Assembly (NCBI GenBank): GCA_947852905.1
Contig: CANTVF010000005.1
Coordinates: 44,053-108,052, forward strand
DNA: 64,000 nt
Direction of reading: 5' to 3'
Source of the DNA: an uncultured Tidjanibacter sp.
GTDB taxonomy: Bacteria; Bacteroidota; Bacteroidia; Bacteroidales; Rikenellaceae
In this document: positions 9,160 through 21,825 of the stretch, piece by piece
How positions within the stretch are numbered: position 1 is the stretch's first letter
How the letters are laid out: every line of letters starts with the position of its first letter
Translations under genes and position numbers: made by a program
The notes under the pieces: model-generated
Seen by the model: only the letters and a program-made list of their open reading frames with translations
Database searches by the model: none
Told to the model about the DNA's origin: nothing

Positions 9160-10146
9160 ATGAAATTCAGAACAGAACTGACCGTGTCGCGTTCGCCGTT
9201 TACCGTGTCGCATTCTCGGCACGGTTTCATGGCGGGCTCGTGTTTCGCCGACAATATCTACCGAAAACTGTCGGCGGCTAAATTTCCGGTAACGGCCAAT
9301 CCTACCGGAATACTTTTCAATCCGGCTTCCATAGCGGCGATGATCGGCAGGGTGGCGGAAGGCAGGCCGTATACGGAGGCGGAACTCGTGCACGGCGATG
9401 ACGGATGGTTCAGCTACGATCATCACGGAGCGTTCTCCGGTGATGACATGGCAGCGGTACTCGACGGAATGAATCGTTCTCTGGCGGAGGGGCACCGCGC
9501 TCTGTTCGATGCCGATTATGTCGTCGTGACGTTCGGTACCGCGTGGGTGTATCGGCTCGTATCCGACGGACGTGTCGTGGCGAACTGTCACAAGATGCCG
9601 TCTGCGGAGTTCGTCAGGGAAAGACTGTCGGTCGGGGAGATAGTGGATGTTTTCGGCGAATTGCTGAAAGGCGAGCTTGCCGGGCGTCAGGTACTTTTCA
9701 CGGTCAGTCCGGTGCGGCATCTGAAGGACGGGTTGGCCGAAAATTCCCTGAGCAAGGCGGTTTTGCGCGTAGCTGCGGGAGAGTTGGCCGCGCGTTACGA
9801 CAATGCGTTTTATTTCCCGGCTTTCGAGATCGTAAACGACGATCTGCGCGACTATCGTTTCTATGCTCCGGATATGGCGCATCCGTCGCCGCAGGCCGTG
9901 GATTACGTGTGGGAGAAATTCGTGGAGTTTGCCATGGACACCGAGACGGCGTCGTTGCTGCCACGGTTGGAGAGACTCGATGCGGCTATGCATCACAGAG
10001 TTATGAATCCGTCAGCGAACGGTTGCCGCGCTTTCCGAGAGGCGTCGCTAAGGTTGCTCGACGGATTGCGCAGAGACCTTCCGGCGATCGATTTCTCTGC
10101 CGAGGAGACTTATTTGGCCGGACTTGCCGATGTGGAGGAACGGTAG
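9160..10146 (+). CDS. GSCFA domain-containing protein
   Basis: GSCFA motif, NPTGILFNPASI, TVSPVRH, YFPAFEIVNDDLRDYRFY. Confidence 0.93.
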   Translation: MKFRTELTVSRSPFTVSHSRHGFMAGSCFADNIYRKLSAAKFPVTANPTGILFNPASIAAMIGRVAEGRPYTEAELVHGDDGWFSYDHHGAFSGDDMAAVLDGMNRSLAEGHRALFDADYVVVTFGTAWVYRLVSDGRVVANCHKMPSAEFVRERLSVGEIVDVFGELLKGELAGRQVLFTVSPVRHLKDGLAENSLSKAVLRVAAGELAARYDNAFYFPAFEIVNDDLRDYRFYAPDMAHPSPQAVDYVWEKFVEFAMDTETASLLPRLERLDAAMHHRVMNPSANGCRAFREASLRLLDGLRRDLPAIDFSAEETYLAGLADVEER

Positions 10147-10357
10147 GTACGTGCAAGCATACGATTACGGAACGGTCGAAAGCGTGGTATCGGGACACAG
10201 GTACGGTGGCGAGTCCTGTCGTATTACGTTAAGGGTCTTGCCGCTATTGCAGGCATTGGCCTTCTTGGTGCTCATGTGCGGAGGGGAATGACGTATGACG
10301 ACACGAATATCCTTCAAAAAGGCGTTGCGGACTTATCCCGTTATCTTGAGTAATTCG

Positions 10358-10365
10358 TATCTTTG
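10358..10365 (+). promoter_or_regulatory. Bacteroidota sigma-A -7 box (TATCTTTG) upstream of the PafA-like gene
   Basis: Exact TAnnTTTG match about 70 bp before the ATG at 10438. Confidence 0.55.
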
Positions 10366-10437
10366 TGCGTCCGTGCGTAGCGGGTGGCGTGCCGTATGGC
10401 GCCGATATCGCTTTAGGACATACATAATGGTTTGAGT

Positions 10438-12069
10438 ATGAAAATTTCCAGAATATTATTGCCGTTAGCCGTTTTTTCGGTCTGTTGCATGGCCGGTGCG
10501 ACTGCCGTAGCTTCGGGGCGGCCGGCGCTCGTCGTCAACATTGTGGCAGGCGGCGTGCCTTACGACTTCGTGACGCGATACGGTCACAATCTGTCGGACG
10601 ACGGTATACGCCGTTTCATGGACAAGGGACTGGTGTTCACGGCAGGACGTTACGAATATATGCCTACCAATCAGGCGTCCTCGCTCGCGACGATAACGAC
10701 GGGGACGTATCCTTACGTGCACGGGGTCGTGGGCAGCGAGTGGTACGACATACAGAGCGGACGCAGAGTTTCGCTGATAGACGATCCGCAGGCTTCGGGA
10801 CTCGACTGCGAGTACGAGGAGGAACGTTATTCGTATGTGAATCTGGTGGCACCGACTTTGGGCGACCGGTTGCGGAAGGAGGTGCCGCGCAGCAAGGTGG
10901 TGACTGTCGCCGCCGATCCTCTGTCGGCCGTGACGCTCGGCGGATTCGGCTCGCAGGTCTATTGGTTCGATACCGCGCGTGCCTCATGGGTGTCGTCGAG
11001 CAAATATATGCTTTACCTGCCCGGCTGGGTGGTCAACTTCAATGCGCAGTATAAGAACAATACTTATTTGCACGACTGGTTCTGGGCGCCGCACCTGTTG
11101 TCCGGCGATTATGTTAACAGGCGTTGCGAAGTGTTGCGTCCGCACGGAGACGAATCGTTCCGTACGCTGGAGGATATAGGCGATTGCGAGGCGGTCGTCG
11201 CACCGGGACGTTACGAGCATGTGCTGGCTACGCCCCTGATAGACGATCTCGTATCCGATTTCGTGCAACAGGCCGTCGTGCAGGAAAAACTCGGAACGGA
11301 CGAATATCCGGACTTGCTCAATGTATGTTTCGACGGTATGAGGAAGGTCATACGCCGGTACGGGCCCGAATCTGTCGAGGCCGAGGATATGTTCTATCAT
11401 CTGGACAGGACGTTGGCATCGTTGATGCGTTTCGTCGAATCGCAGTGTCCGGAGGGCAGCGTGCTGTTCGTCTTTACCTCGGATCACGGGACGAGCGAGG
11501 CGTTCGACGTTCCTGCAATCGCACGCGAAAGATTCAATGACGTGCAGTTCGAGGCTATTATAAACAGTTTCCTTTGCGCCCGTTACGGCGGCGACCGCTG
11601 GGTAACGGGATACCATAACCGCAGGGTTTACATAGACCGTGCGAAAGCGCTGGCCGAAGGACTCGATATAGAGAACGTGCAGAGGCTCACATCGGATTTC
11701 GCCATACAGTTTCGCGGATTGTCGAGGGTAGTGCCTTCGTGCGACCTCAAGGGCGGATCGGCCGGAGACAGCTATATGCAAAAGTTGCGTAACGGGTATT
11801 ATCCGAAACGTTCGGGCGATTTGTTGGTAGACCTCGTGCCCGATATGATAGAGGAGGAGCCGGGAGTACGTTCCATGACCGGGTCAGGTTACGACTACGA
11901 TACCCACGTGCCTTTGATGATGACTGGGTGCGGCATAGCGCACGGGGAGATAACCGCGCCTGTGGATATGGCCTCGCTGCCCGTAACGCTGGCATACATT
12001 TTGGGAATACAACGTCCGGACGCCGCAACGGCGGAGCCTTTCGACGGAATTTACGAATATTTGAAATAA
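10438..12069 (+). CDS. PafA-like alkaline phosphatase superfamily protein, probably catalytically degenerate
   Basis: Signal peptide; overall PafA layout (TLGDRLR, VFTSDHG, YDYDTHVPL) but several metal/nucleophile residues are replaced. Confidence 0.8.
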   Translation: MKISRILLPLAVFSVCCMAGATAVASGRPALVVNIVAGGVPYDFVTRYGHNLSDDGIRRFMDKGLVFTAGRYEYMPTNQASSLATITTGTYPYVHGVVGSEWYDIQSGRRVSLIDDPQASGLDCEYEEERYSYVNLVAPTLGDRLRKEVPRSKVVTVAADPLSAVTLGGFGSQVYWFDTARASWVSSSKYMLYLPGWVVNFNAQYKNNTYLHDWFWAPHLLSGDYVNRRCEVLRPHGDESFRTLEDIGDCEAVVAPGRYEHVLATPLIDDLVSDFVQQAVVQEKLGTDEYPDLLNVCFDGMRKVIRRYGPESVEAEDMFYHLDRTLASLMRFVESQCPEGSVLFVFTSDHGTSEAFDVPAIARERFNDVQFEAIINSFLCARYGGDRWVTGYHNRRVYIDRAKALAEGLDIENVQRLTSDFAIQFRGLSRVVPSCDLKGGSAGDSYMQKLRNGYYPKRSGDLLVDLVPDMIEEEPGVRSMTGSGYDYDTHVPLMMTGCGIAHGEITAPVDMASLPVTLAYILGIQRPDAATAEPFDGIYEYLK

Positions 12070-12079
12070 GGGTTAAGTC

Positions 12080-12523
12080 ATGCAACAGACCGATCTTGTA
12101 CAGGAGGAGATCATAGACGAGTTCTCCGCATTCGACGACTGGTTGGACAAGTACGATTTGCTTATCGAACTCGGTAACGGACTGGACGGTATAGATCCGT
12201 CTCACAGAGATCAGCAGCACCTTATCGAGGGGTGTCAGTCGAGGGTGTGGGTCGATGCCCGGCTTGAGGACGGCAAGGTGTACTATTCGGCCGACAGCGA
12301 TGCCATAATAACCAAGGGCATTATAGCGTTGTTGATACGGGTATTGAACGGCCGTACTCCGCAGGAGATAGTGGATACGGACCTGTATTTCATAGACCGC
12401 ATAGGGTTGAAAGAAAACCTGTCTCCGACGCGTTCCAACGGTTTGCTCGCCATGATAAAGCAGATGAGGCTGTATGCGCTCGCTTTTCTGAGCAGGCAGG
12501 AACATGATGCGGCGGAGAAATAA
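12080..12523 (+). CDS. sufE: SufE family Fe-S assembly protein
   Basis: IEGCQSRVWV, SDAIITKG, LSPTRSNGL motifs. Confidence 0.95.
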   Translation: MQQTDLVQEEIIDEFSAFDDWLDKYDLLIELGNGLDGIDPSHRDQQHLIEGCQSRVWVDARLEDGKVYYSADSDAIITKGIIALLIRVLNGRTPQEIVDTDLYFIDRIGLKENLSPTRSNGLLAMIKQMRLYALAFLSRQEHDAAEK

Positions 12524-12542
12524 AACTCAATAACAGTATTTT

Positions 12543-12863
12543 ATGGAGCCTAACGAGATTCTAAAGGTAGAACAGGATATAATAGCGACGCTGAAAAACA
12601 TATACGATCCTGAAATACCTGTCAACGTATACGACCTCGGTCTGGTTTACGAAATAGATTATACGCCGGACGGAGAGGCGAATATACAAATGACGTTGAC
12701 GGCGCCGAATTGTCCTATGGCCGATATGCTCGTCGAGGACGTTAACGTTCAGGTCGCCAAGATTCCGGGGGTTAAGAAGGTCAATGTGACGCTCGTGTTC
12801 GATCCGCCGTGGGACAAGGACATGATGAGCGACGAGGCCAAACTCGAACTCGGATTCATGTAG
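12543..12863 (+). CDS. DUF59/SufT-like Fe-S cluster assembly protein
   Basis: IYDPEIPVNVYDLGLVY, MTLTAPNCP, FDPPW. Confidence 0.92.
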   Translation: MEPNEILKVEQDIIATLKNIYDPEIPVNVYDLGLVYEIDYTPDGEANIQMTLTAPNCPMADMLVEDVNVQVAKIPGVKKVNVTLVFDPPWDKDMMSDEAKLELGFM

Positions 12864-12910
12864 ATTCCGCACTGCGCCTACGCGTGCGATCGATATTGTT
12901 CGGTACGGAA

Positions 12911-13072
12911 TGGGGTTGTGTCAAAACGTTGAGTTTTAACGCAACCCCTTTCATGTGTATAAGAAGGGGGTAAAATGCAAGATCGTGAGCGAGAGGTCGA
13001 CAGGAGTTTGCGGAAGGTGAACTACTTAGCCCGAATCACGATAAAACGCAGCGGATCGCCCGTTATGATACA
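12911..13072 (+). repeat. ~160-bp palindrome-capped element, copy B
   Basis: GGGGTTGTGTCAAAAC...GTTTTAACGCAACCCC palindrome followed by sequence homologous to the reverse complement of 7931-8050. Confidence 0.75.
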
Positions 13073-13626
13073 TCGTCTTTTTTATTCGTACAGCTATTCG
13101 AGGGCTTTCCCAAATATGCAATTCTCTGAGGGGGAAACCTGTTAGACAATCTATGTTTTCGTATTCGCTGCGGGGCGGATTGTTACCGGGCGTGTGGACG
13201 GTATTCGGTTTCGGAGCTGTCGCAGTGCTATCGTTTTTATATACGTGTCGAGATTTCAGTTAGTTCAGTGTGTGTCGGTGACGTATTTGGGTCATGCGCT
13301 TGTGGTGCATGCCGTTGTCCGGTGTGTCATTGATACGTGTTACGGACGTTTGGGAGTTCGTTTCAGCATGGCCATGATCGGACGTATCGTATGGCATGTA
13401 ATTTCATGGTCGAATAGTGGGTAAGGTGTGAATGTTTCCGGACTGTCGCTATGCGTAGGGGGCATTTCCGTATATGTGTCCAGTCGTTTCCCGGAACTTC
13501 GTGTACATGAGATGTTGTTGGCGATGTCGATAATTGGTGTCGCACATGGTGTTTGTGGTGTTGCAAAGCGACTTTTTTGTTATATTTACCTTTTCGGGCG
13601 GCGCTTTTTATGCCGTGATTACGGAT

Positions 13627-14889
13627 ATGGTTTACGACGACATATTGAGATTCATGTGGCCGGATACGGCAGCGAAAACAGACGAGATGGAGTTGCACGG
13701 AGGCGGTTCGGTACGTATATATCGTGTCGGAGAGGAGGACGCTGCCGGACGTAAATACGTCGGGGCGGAGTTGGAGATCGACGGGGTGAGGCGTTTCGGC
13801 GATGTGGTGTTCGGCGAGGGCGGTGCCTCTTCGCTTACGCGATATACGGCGTTGCATGTGGTACATTCGCCGCAGCGGTTTCTTATGGACGACGAGGGGA
13901 GGCGGATACCGCAGGCCGTGGTCTCCGTCCCGCAGGAGCTGGCGGGTTCGGTGGAGTCCCTGCGCATGGGCGCAGGCGGGTATGAATGCGGCGTCTGGCT
14001 CGGCGATCAGCCTGCCGTACGACGCATAGGGCTGCTCGACAGGCTTTTACTCGAACGCATGGAGCGTAAGTGCCGCGATGTGGAACGGGTGTTCGATGCG
14101 TCGGACGGCGATTGGGCACAGACATTGTATGTAATGTTATTCCGTGCCATGGGCGGTAACCGGAATCGTGAGCCTTACATGGAACTCGCTGCGAGGGCTA
14201 CCTATCAGATGGTGCTGCGGGAAAGGAGTTCCATGGAGCTGGTCGAAGCATTGCTGCTCGGTACGTCGGGATTGCTGGAGGATTGCTATTACGACGATTA
14301 CATACGGTTGCTCGGCGAACATTTCCTGTATCTGGCGCGTAAGTACGGCATAACTCCCATGATGCCCGGACAGTGGGAGCGTTCTGGTGTCAGGGCGCAG
14401 AACAAGCCTTTCGTGCGGATACTCCAGCTCGCCTCGTTCGCAGCGCGGCGCGACTTCATGTTCAACAGTGTCGTGGCATGTCGGAGTCGTGCCGACGTGC
14501 ATGCGCTGTTCGATACCGAGATCAAAGGCTACTGGAGCGTCAATCCGATACCCGACGGCGAAGGCGTGCGTTGTCCGGGGCGTATCGGCGCTCAGAAAGC
14601 CGATCTGTTGGCTATCAATGCTGTTGTGCCGGTAATGTTCTCTTACGGAGCCGCTTCCGGCAAAGCAGCCGTGAAGGACGCTGCACTGGAACTTCTGGCA
14701 TCGTTGCCGGCCGAAGACAATTATATCGTCAGGGGGTGGGGCGGCATGGGAGTGCCGGTTGCGAACGCATGCGATTCGCAGGCGTTGATACAGCTGAAAA
14801 ACGAATATTGCGCCAAAGGAGAATGCGTATCGTGCCGGGTGGGGCGTTGCATAATAAAAATGAAAGGCAAAGCGTTCGGTTTCCGATAA
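13627..14889 (+). CDS. DUF2851 family protein
   Basis: LHVV, LLERMERK, NREPYMELA, ALLLGTSGLL, INAVVP, DSQALIQLKNEYC..C..C; likely start MVYDDILRFMW at 13627. Confidence 0.85.
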   Translation: MVYDDILRFMWPDTAAKTDEMELHGGGSVRIYRVGEEDAAGRKYVGAELEIDGVRRFGDVVFGEGGASSLTRYTALHVVHSPQRFLMDDEGRRIPQAVVSVPQELAGSVESLRMGAGGYECGVWLGDQPAVRRIGLLDRLLLERMERKCRDVERVFDASDGDWAQTLYVMLFRAMGGNRNREPYMELAARATYQMVLRERSSMELVEALLLGTSGLLEDCYYDDYIRLLGEHFLYLARKYGITPMMPGQWERSGVRAQNKPFVRILQLASFAARRDFMFNSVVACRSRADVHALFDTEIKGYWSVNPIPDGEGVRCPGRIGAQKADLLAINAVVPVMFSYGAASGKAAVKDAALELLASLPAEDNYIVRGWGGMGVPVANACDSQALIQLKNEYCAKGECVSCRVGRCIIKMKGKAFGFR

Positions 14890-14934
14890 AATAGGTATAT
14901 TTACCCTCTGTTTTATAAGACATATATTTGCAAT

Positions 14935-18237
<3,303 letters not shown>

Positions 18238-18266
18238 TCCGCGAAAATATTTTAAGGTTTAATATG

Positions 18267-18302
18267 CAGCGGAGGAACCGTTTTGAGTTCCTCCGCTGTT
18301 TT
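18267..18302 (+). terminator. Intrinsic terminator after secA
   Basis: 12-bp stem CAGCGGAGGAAC / GTTCCTCCGCTG followed by a T-run. Confidence 0.85.
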
Positions 18303-19059
18303 ATATTTATTCATTCGTGATCCTGTTTCGAGGGTATTGCGGGGGGGGGGATGCTGTTGTAATGCGAGACATATTCGTTGGGTGCATTGCGTATATTGGG
18401 TTATGTTTTTTTGTGTCGGCTCTAATTATTGTATGCTACGTGAAACGTACCTGGATGTAGTCTCTGGAGTAGTAGTGCGGATTTGTGTCGATTCCGGTAT
18501 TGTTGCAGAATGGAAAATAGCGGATAATTCTGTACCGCAGCTTTAAAAGCCAATATGCTGTATGGTTTTTTCCGAGATTTGCGGCATTGTCCGGCCATAA
18601 AACGATATGTTATTATTGTGATACGACTACTGAAGTTCGGAAGGGGATTATACTATATGCGTCGTAACGGCAGGATGTTCCGGATTAGCAATAACTCACA
18701 GAGTCGGCCTCTGACGGGTGTTTTTATTTGTTCTGATATTTGATCAGAAATGTGGGTAACATACCGCTTTGTCGCATTTTTATTCTTGCTGTAAATTGAT
18801 GTGATTTTATGCAGATATGCTATGTGTTGCATAATGCATTTGAATAAATATGTTTATTGTCAATGTAAATATAAAATAATGTTTACAGTGTTTGCATTTT
18901 GAGGATAATTGTATTACATTTGTCAATGTAACGAGGTGCGGCCGATGCCGGTAAATACTCGTTGCGTGCAATAGCTGTGACAGCTGTTTTTTAAGTTAAT
19001 AGGTGTGTTTTAGGAAGGACATGAAATTGTCCTGTTTTAGCAAAAATCCTTTTTAAAGA

Positions 19060-19088
19060 TTAAGGCGGAGCAATATGCTCCGCCTTAA
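19060..19088. terminator. Hairpin, likely bidirectional terminator
   Basis: TTAAGGCGGAGC-AATAT-GCTCCGCCTTAA, perfect 12-bp stem downstream of the META gene. Confidence 0.75.
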
Positions 19089-19118
19089 TCGTATGCTCCG
19101 CGCCGTGTGAAGACGTTT

Positions 19119-19583
19119 TTATTTTTCCGTGTTTTTGTCGGTATCTACGGGTTTGTCCGTTGGTTCGAATATAGCTTTGATCTTGTTGTCTACGAACAGA
19201 TAGAGGTTTTTGCCGTCGAACTGATATAGGTGCACGTTCTCGAACATTTTCAGAAATGCCGATTCCGTTTCCAGATCGGGGCATGCCATCATCGTGGAGC
19301 CGACCGGACTCATTTTGATGCTGCCGTTGGCATTCAGCACTTCGTAGGTGCCGAAGAAACGGTTGCAATCGCCGACGCCGGCAATGCGTCCGTCGTTGAA
19401 GAACGTCAGTTCATAACTGTCCGGAGCATTTATTTCGCGTCCGTCGAATTGTATCATATGCCATACGGTACCTTGGAGCGGACGCGTTGCGGCTTCACGG
19501 CTTTTACGGCATTTCTGGCAGCAACCGGTGAGCAATGCTCCGGCTACTAAAGCCAATGCTGCGATAGTAATAATTCTTTTCAT
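19119..19583 (-). CDS. META/HslJ domain lipoprotein
   Basis: Lipobox LLTGC; GVGDCNRFFGTY and GSTMMACP META motifs. Confidence 0.92.
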   Translation of the reverse strand: MKRIITIAALALVAGALLTGCCQKCRKSREAATRPLQGTVWHMIQFDGREINAPDSYELTFFNDGRIAGVGDCNRFFGTYEVLNANGSIKMSPVGSTMMACPDLETESAFLKMFENVHLYQFDGKNLYLFVDNKIKAIFEPTDKPVDTDKNTEK

Positions 19584-19770
19584 CGTTTAGTGTTTGTTTT
19601 CTGTCTGCAAATATAATTAAAACTTCATTTCCTGTCCCGTGTGGCTGTGCATACTGTTCGTTTTTGTCGGATGTGTTTTGGAACGGTCGTATTGCGGATA
19701 GACCGCGTTATTTATTATCTTTGTGCTGCTGTTAGCAACAGCCGACAATATATTTTAAAACATATAAGCC

Positions 19771-20145
19771 ATGAAAAAAGTAATCTCTTCTCCCAATGCC
19801 CCGAAAGCGGTGGGACCGTACTCGCAGGCTATCGTAGCCGGCAATACGATTTATGTTTCCGGTCAGCTTCCCATCAATCCCGCTACCGGTGCGGTGCCTG
19901 AGACCATAGCCGAACAGACCGCCCAGTCGCTCGAAAATACCGTTGCCATACTCAAGGAGGCAGGCTATACGTTGGACGATGTGGTTAAATCGACCGTATT
20001 GCTCGATGATATGAACAATTTCGGTGCCATGAACGAAGTGTATGCCCGTTATTATACTAAAGATATGCCTGCAAGGGTGTGTTATCAGGTGGCTAAACTT
20101 CCCATGGGCGTAAAAGTGGAAATCGAAACGATCGCCGTTAAATAG
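19771..20145 (+). CDS. ridA: RidA family reactive-intermediate deaminase
   Basis: APKAVGPYSQA, SGQLP, PAR..YQVAKLP, VEIE. Confidence 0.95.
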   Translation: MKKVISSPNAPKAVGPYSQAIVAGNTIYVSGQLPINPATGAVPETIAEQTAQSLENTVAILKEAGYTLDDVVKSTVLLDDMNNFGAMNEVYARYYTKDMPARVCYQVAKLPMGVKVEIETIAVK

Positions 20146-20163
20146 TGGGCGGTAGTAGCATAT

Positions 20164-20206
20164 AAACGTAAGAAGGCGCATCCGTCGGATGCGCCTTCTT
20201 ACGTTT
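20164..20206. terminator. Perfect 20-bp inverted repeat between convergent genes
   Basis: AAACGTAAGAAGGCGCATCC-GTC-GGATGCGCCTTCTTACGTTT. Confidence 0.8.
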
Positions 20207-20411
20207 TAGGGCTGTTTTCAAATCGATGTGCTTGCTGTGTTATTTCGGTAAAATGCCACATGAGCCGTGGACTGTCTACGGTTTTTGAAATTGCGGCTTT
20301 CGGCATCGCGTATTCGATTCTGGTCCGTATCGCGTGTTTTCTGTTTCAGTGACGTCAGCAGTCAAACGCAAAGTTGGCGCGTGCGTTTTCGGACAATCCA
20401 GCTTTTTCGTA

Positions 20412-20666
20412 TCAGATAGTAGTTTTTGCGTGCGTCTCGTTTTCATGTGTCGGGATATCCGTTCCGGGCGGGTACGTCGTTGTTTTAAGAGTGTCCGTGG
20501 CGGGAAGAGTGTCCCGACGTTCTTCCACTATCTCGTCGAGCCGGAACCAGATGCCCGCTTTATCGCGGATATTCTGCCAGCGTATTATTACCCCTATGAG
20601 CAGTACGACTATTACGACCGCCATTATTTTGCCCTGACGGTTGAGCGAACGGAACCATTTTATCAT
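20412..20666 (-). CDS. Small single-pass membrane hypothetical protein
   Basis: One hydrophobic segment (IMAVVIVVLLIGVII); co-oriented directly downstream of zupT. Confidence 0.6.
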   Translation of the reverse strand: MIKWFRSLNRQGKIMAVVIVVLLIGVIIRWQNIRDKAGIWFRLDEIVEERRDTLPATDTLKTTTYPPGTDIPTHENETHAKTTI

Positions 20667-20720
20667 TGTAGTAATCCCTTGTTGTCTTGTATTTGGAAAA
20701 GATGACGTTGTCGGCGTTAG

Positions 20721-21539
20721 TTACGACAGCAGTATCAGGCTCGTGGCCATGACGGCCATTCCGGCTATCAGGCCGTATATGGCGAGGTGGCTGTAGCCGT
20801 ATTGATGCGCGGCCGGCAACAGCTCGTCGAGCGATATGTATACCATGATACCCGCCACTACCGCAAACGTGCATTCCATGAGTATAGGCGTCAGGAAGGG
20901 CATCAGAAGCAGATAGGCGAATATGGCTCCGACCGGCTCGGCCACTCCGGAGAGAAACGAGTACCAGAAAGCCTTTTTGCGGCTGCCGGTTGAAAAATAT
21001 ATCGGTACAGATACGGCGATTCCTTCAGGTATGTTATGTATCGCGACCGCCACGGCTACGGCTATACCCACTTTCGCGGAGTCGAGTGCCGATATGAACG
21101 TCGCGATGCCTTCCGGAAAGTTGTGTATAGCTATGGCTATCGCCGTGACGACGCCCATGCGTTTGAGACCGTGTATGTGGCTGTCGCTTCGTGCACCGCC
21201 GAGTTCCTCCACGCTGTGCAGTTCGTGCGGGTTTTCGGCGTCGGGTATCAGTTTGTCTATTATGCCGGCGATCAGTATTCCTCCGAAGAATGCCGCTGCC
21301 GTTATCAGACCTCCGCGGGTAGCGCTGCCGGTTATCATGTCGAGTTGAGTGCGGGCGTTGAACAGTAGCTCCATGAACGATATGTATATCATTACTCCGG
21401 CAGACAGACCGAGCGCAAACGAAAGGAATTTTGCATTCGTTTTTTTGGCAAAGAAAGCTATCGCGCTGCCTATGCCCGTAGCGCAGCCTGCCATAAGGCT
21501 GAGCAGCAAGGCGTATCCTATATGTCCTGTCGTCATCAT
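20721..21539 (-). CDS. zupT: ZIP-family zinc transporter ZupT
   Basis: IAIHNFPEG and IHNIPEG signature motifs; multiple transmembrane helices. Confidence 0.95.
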   Translation of the reverse strand: MMTTGHIGYALLLSLMAGCATGIGSAIAFFAKKTNAKFLSFALGLSAGVMIYISFMELLFNARTQLDMITGSATRGGLITAAAFFGGILIAGIIDKLIPDAENPHELHSVEELGGARSDSHIHGLKRMGVVTAIAIAIHNFPEGIATFISALDSAKVGIAVAVAVAIHNIPEGIAVSVPIYFSTGSRKKAFWYSFLSGVAEPVGAIFAYLLLMPFLTPILMECTFAVVAGIMVYISLDELLPAAHQYGYSHLAIYGLIAGMAVMATSLILLS

Positions 21540-21825
21540 TTAGGTACCTGTGTTTGTTATATCCGCGAAGTTATGCAAAGATCCTGCAAAACGGAAACGA
21601 TACTCACTTCGGGCGATATAAAAATAGGTCAGGTTCTGTTTTCGGACGAGTTCGAATGTGTTTCGGGAGATGTAATTTTTACAGTGGTCTTTATTGTGTA
21701 AAGACTTTTACTGTTGCTTTTGGGGTGTTTTGTTGCATATTGTAGTGTATTTTATATATATTTGTATTATACCGTTCCGGAACGGCTGGCTTTTGTTTAT
21801 GTTTTATCTTTAATTCTTGATTTGG

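Noticed and set aside
18283-18546. G10 tract (18341-18350) inside an 87-aa ORF
   Set aside because: No frame on either side resembles a real protein, so there is no evident gene to phase-vary.
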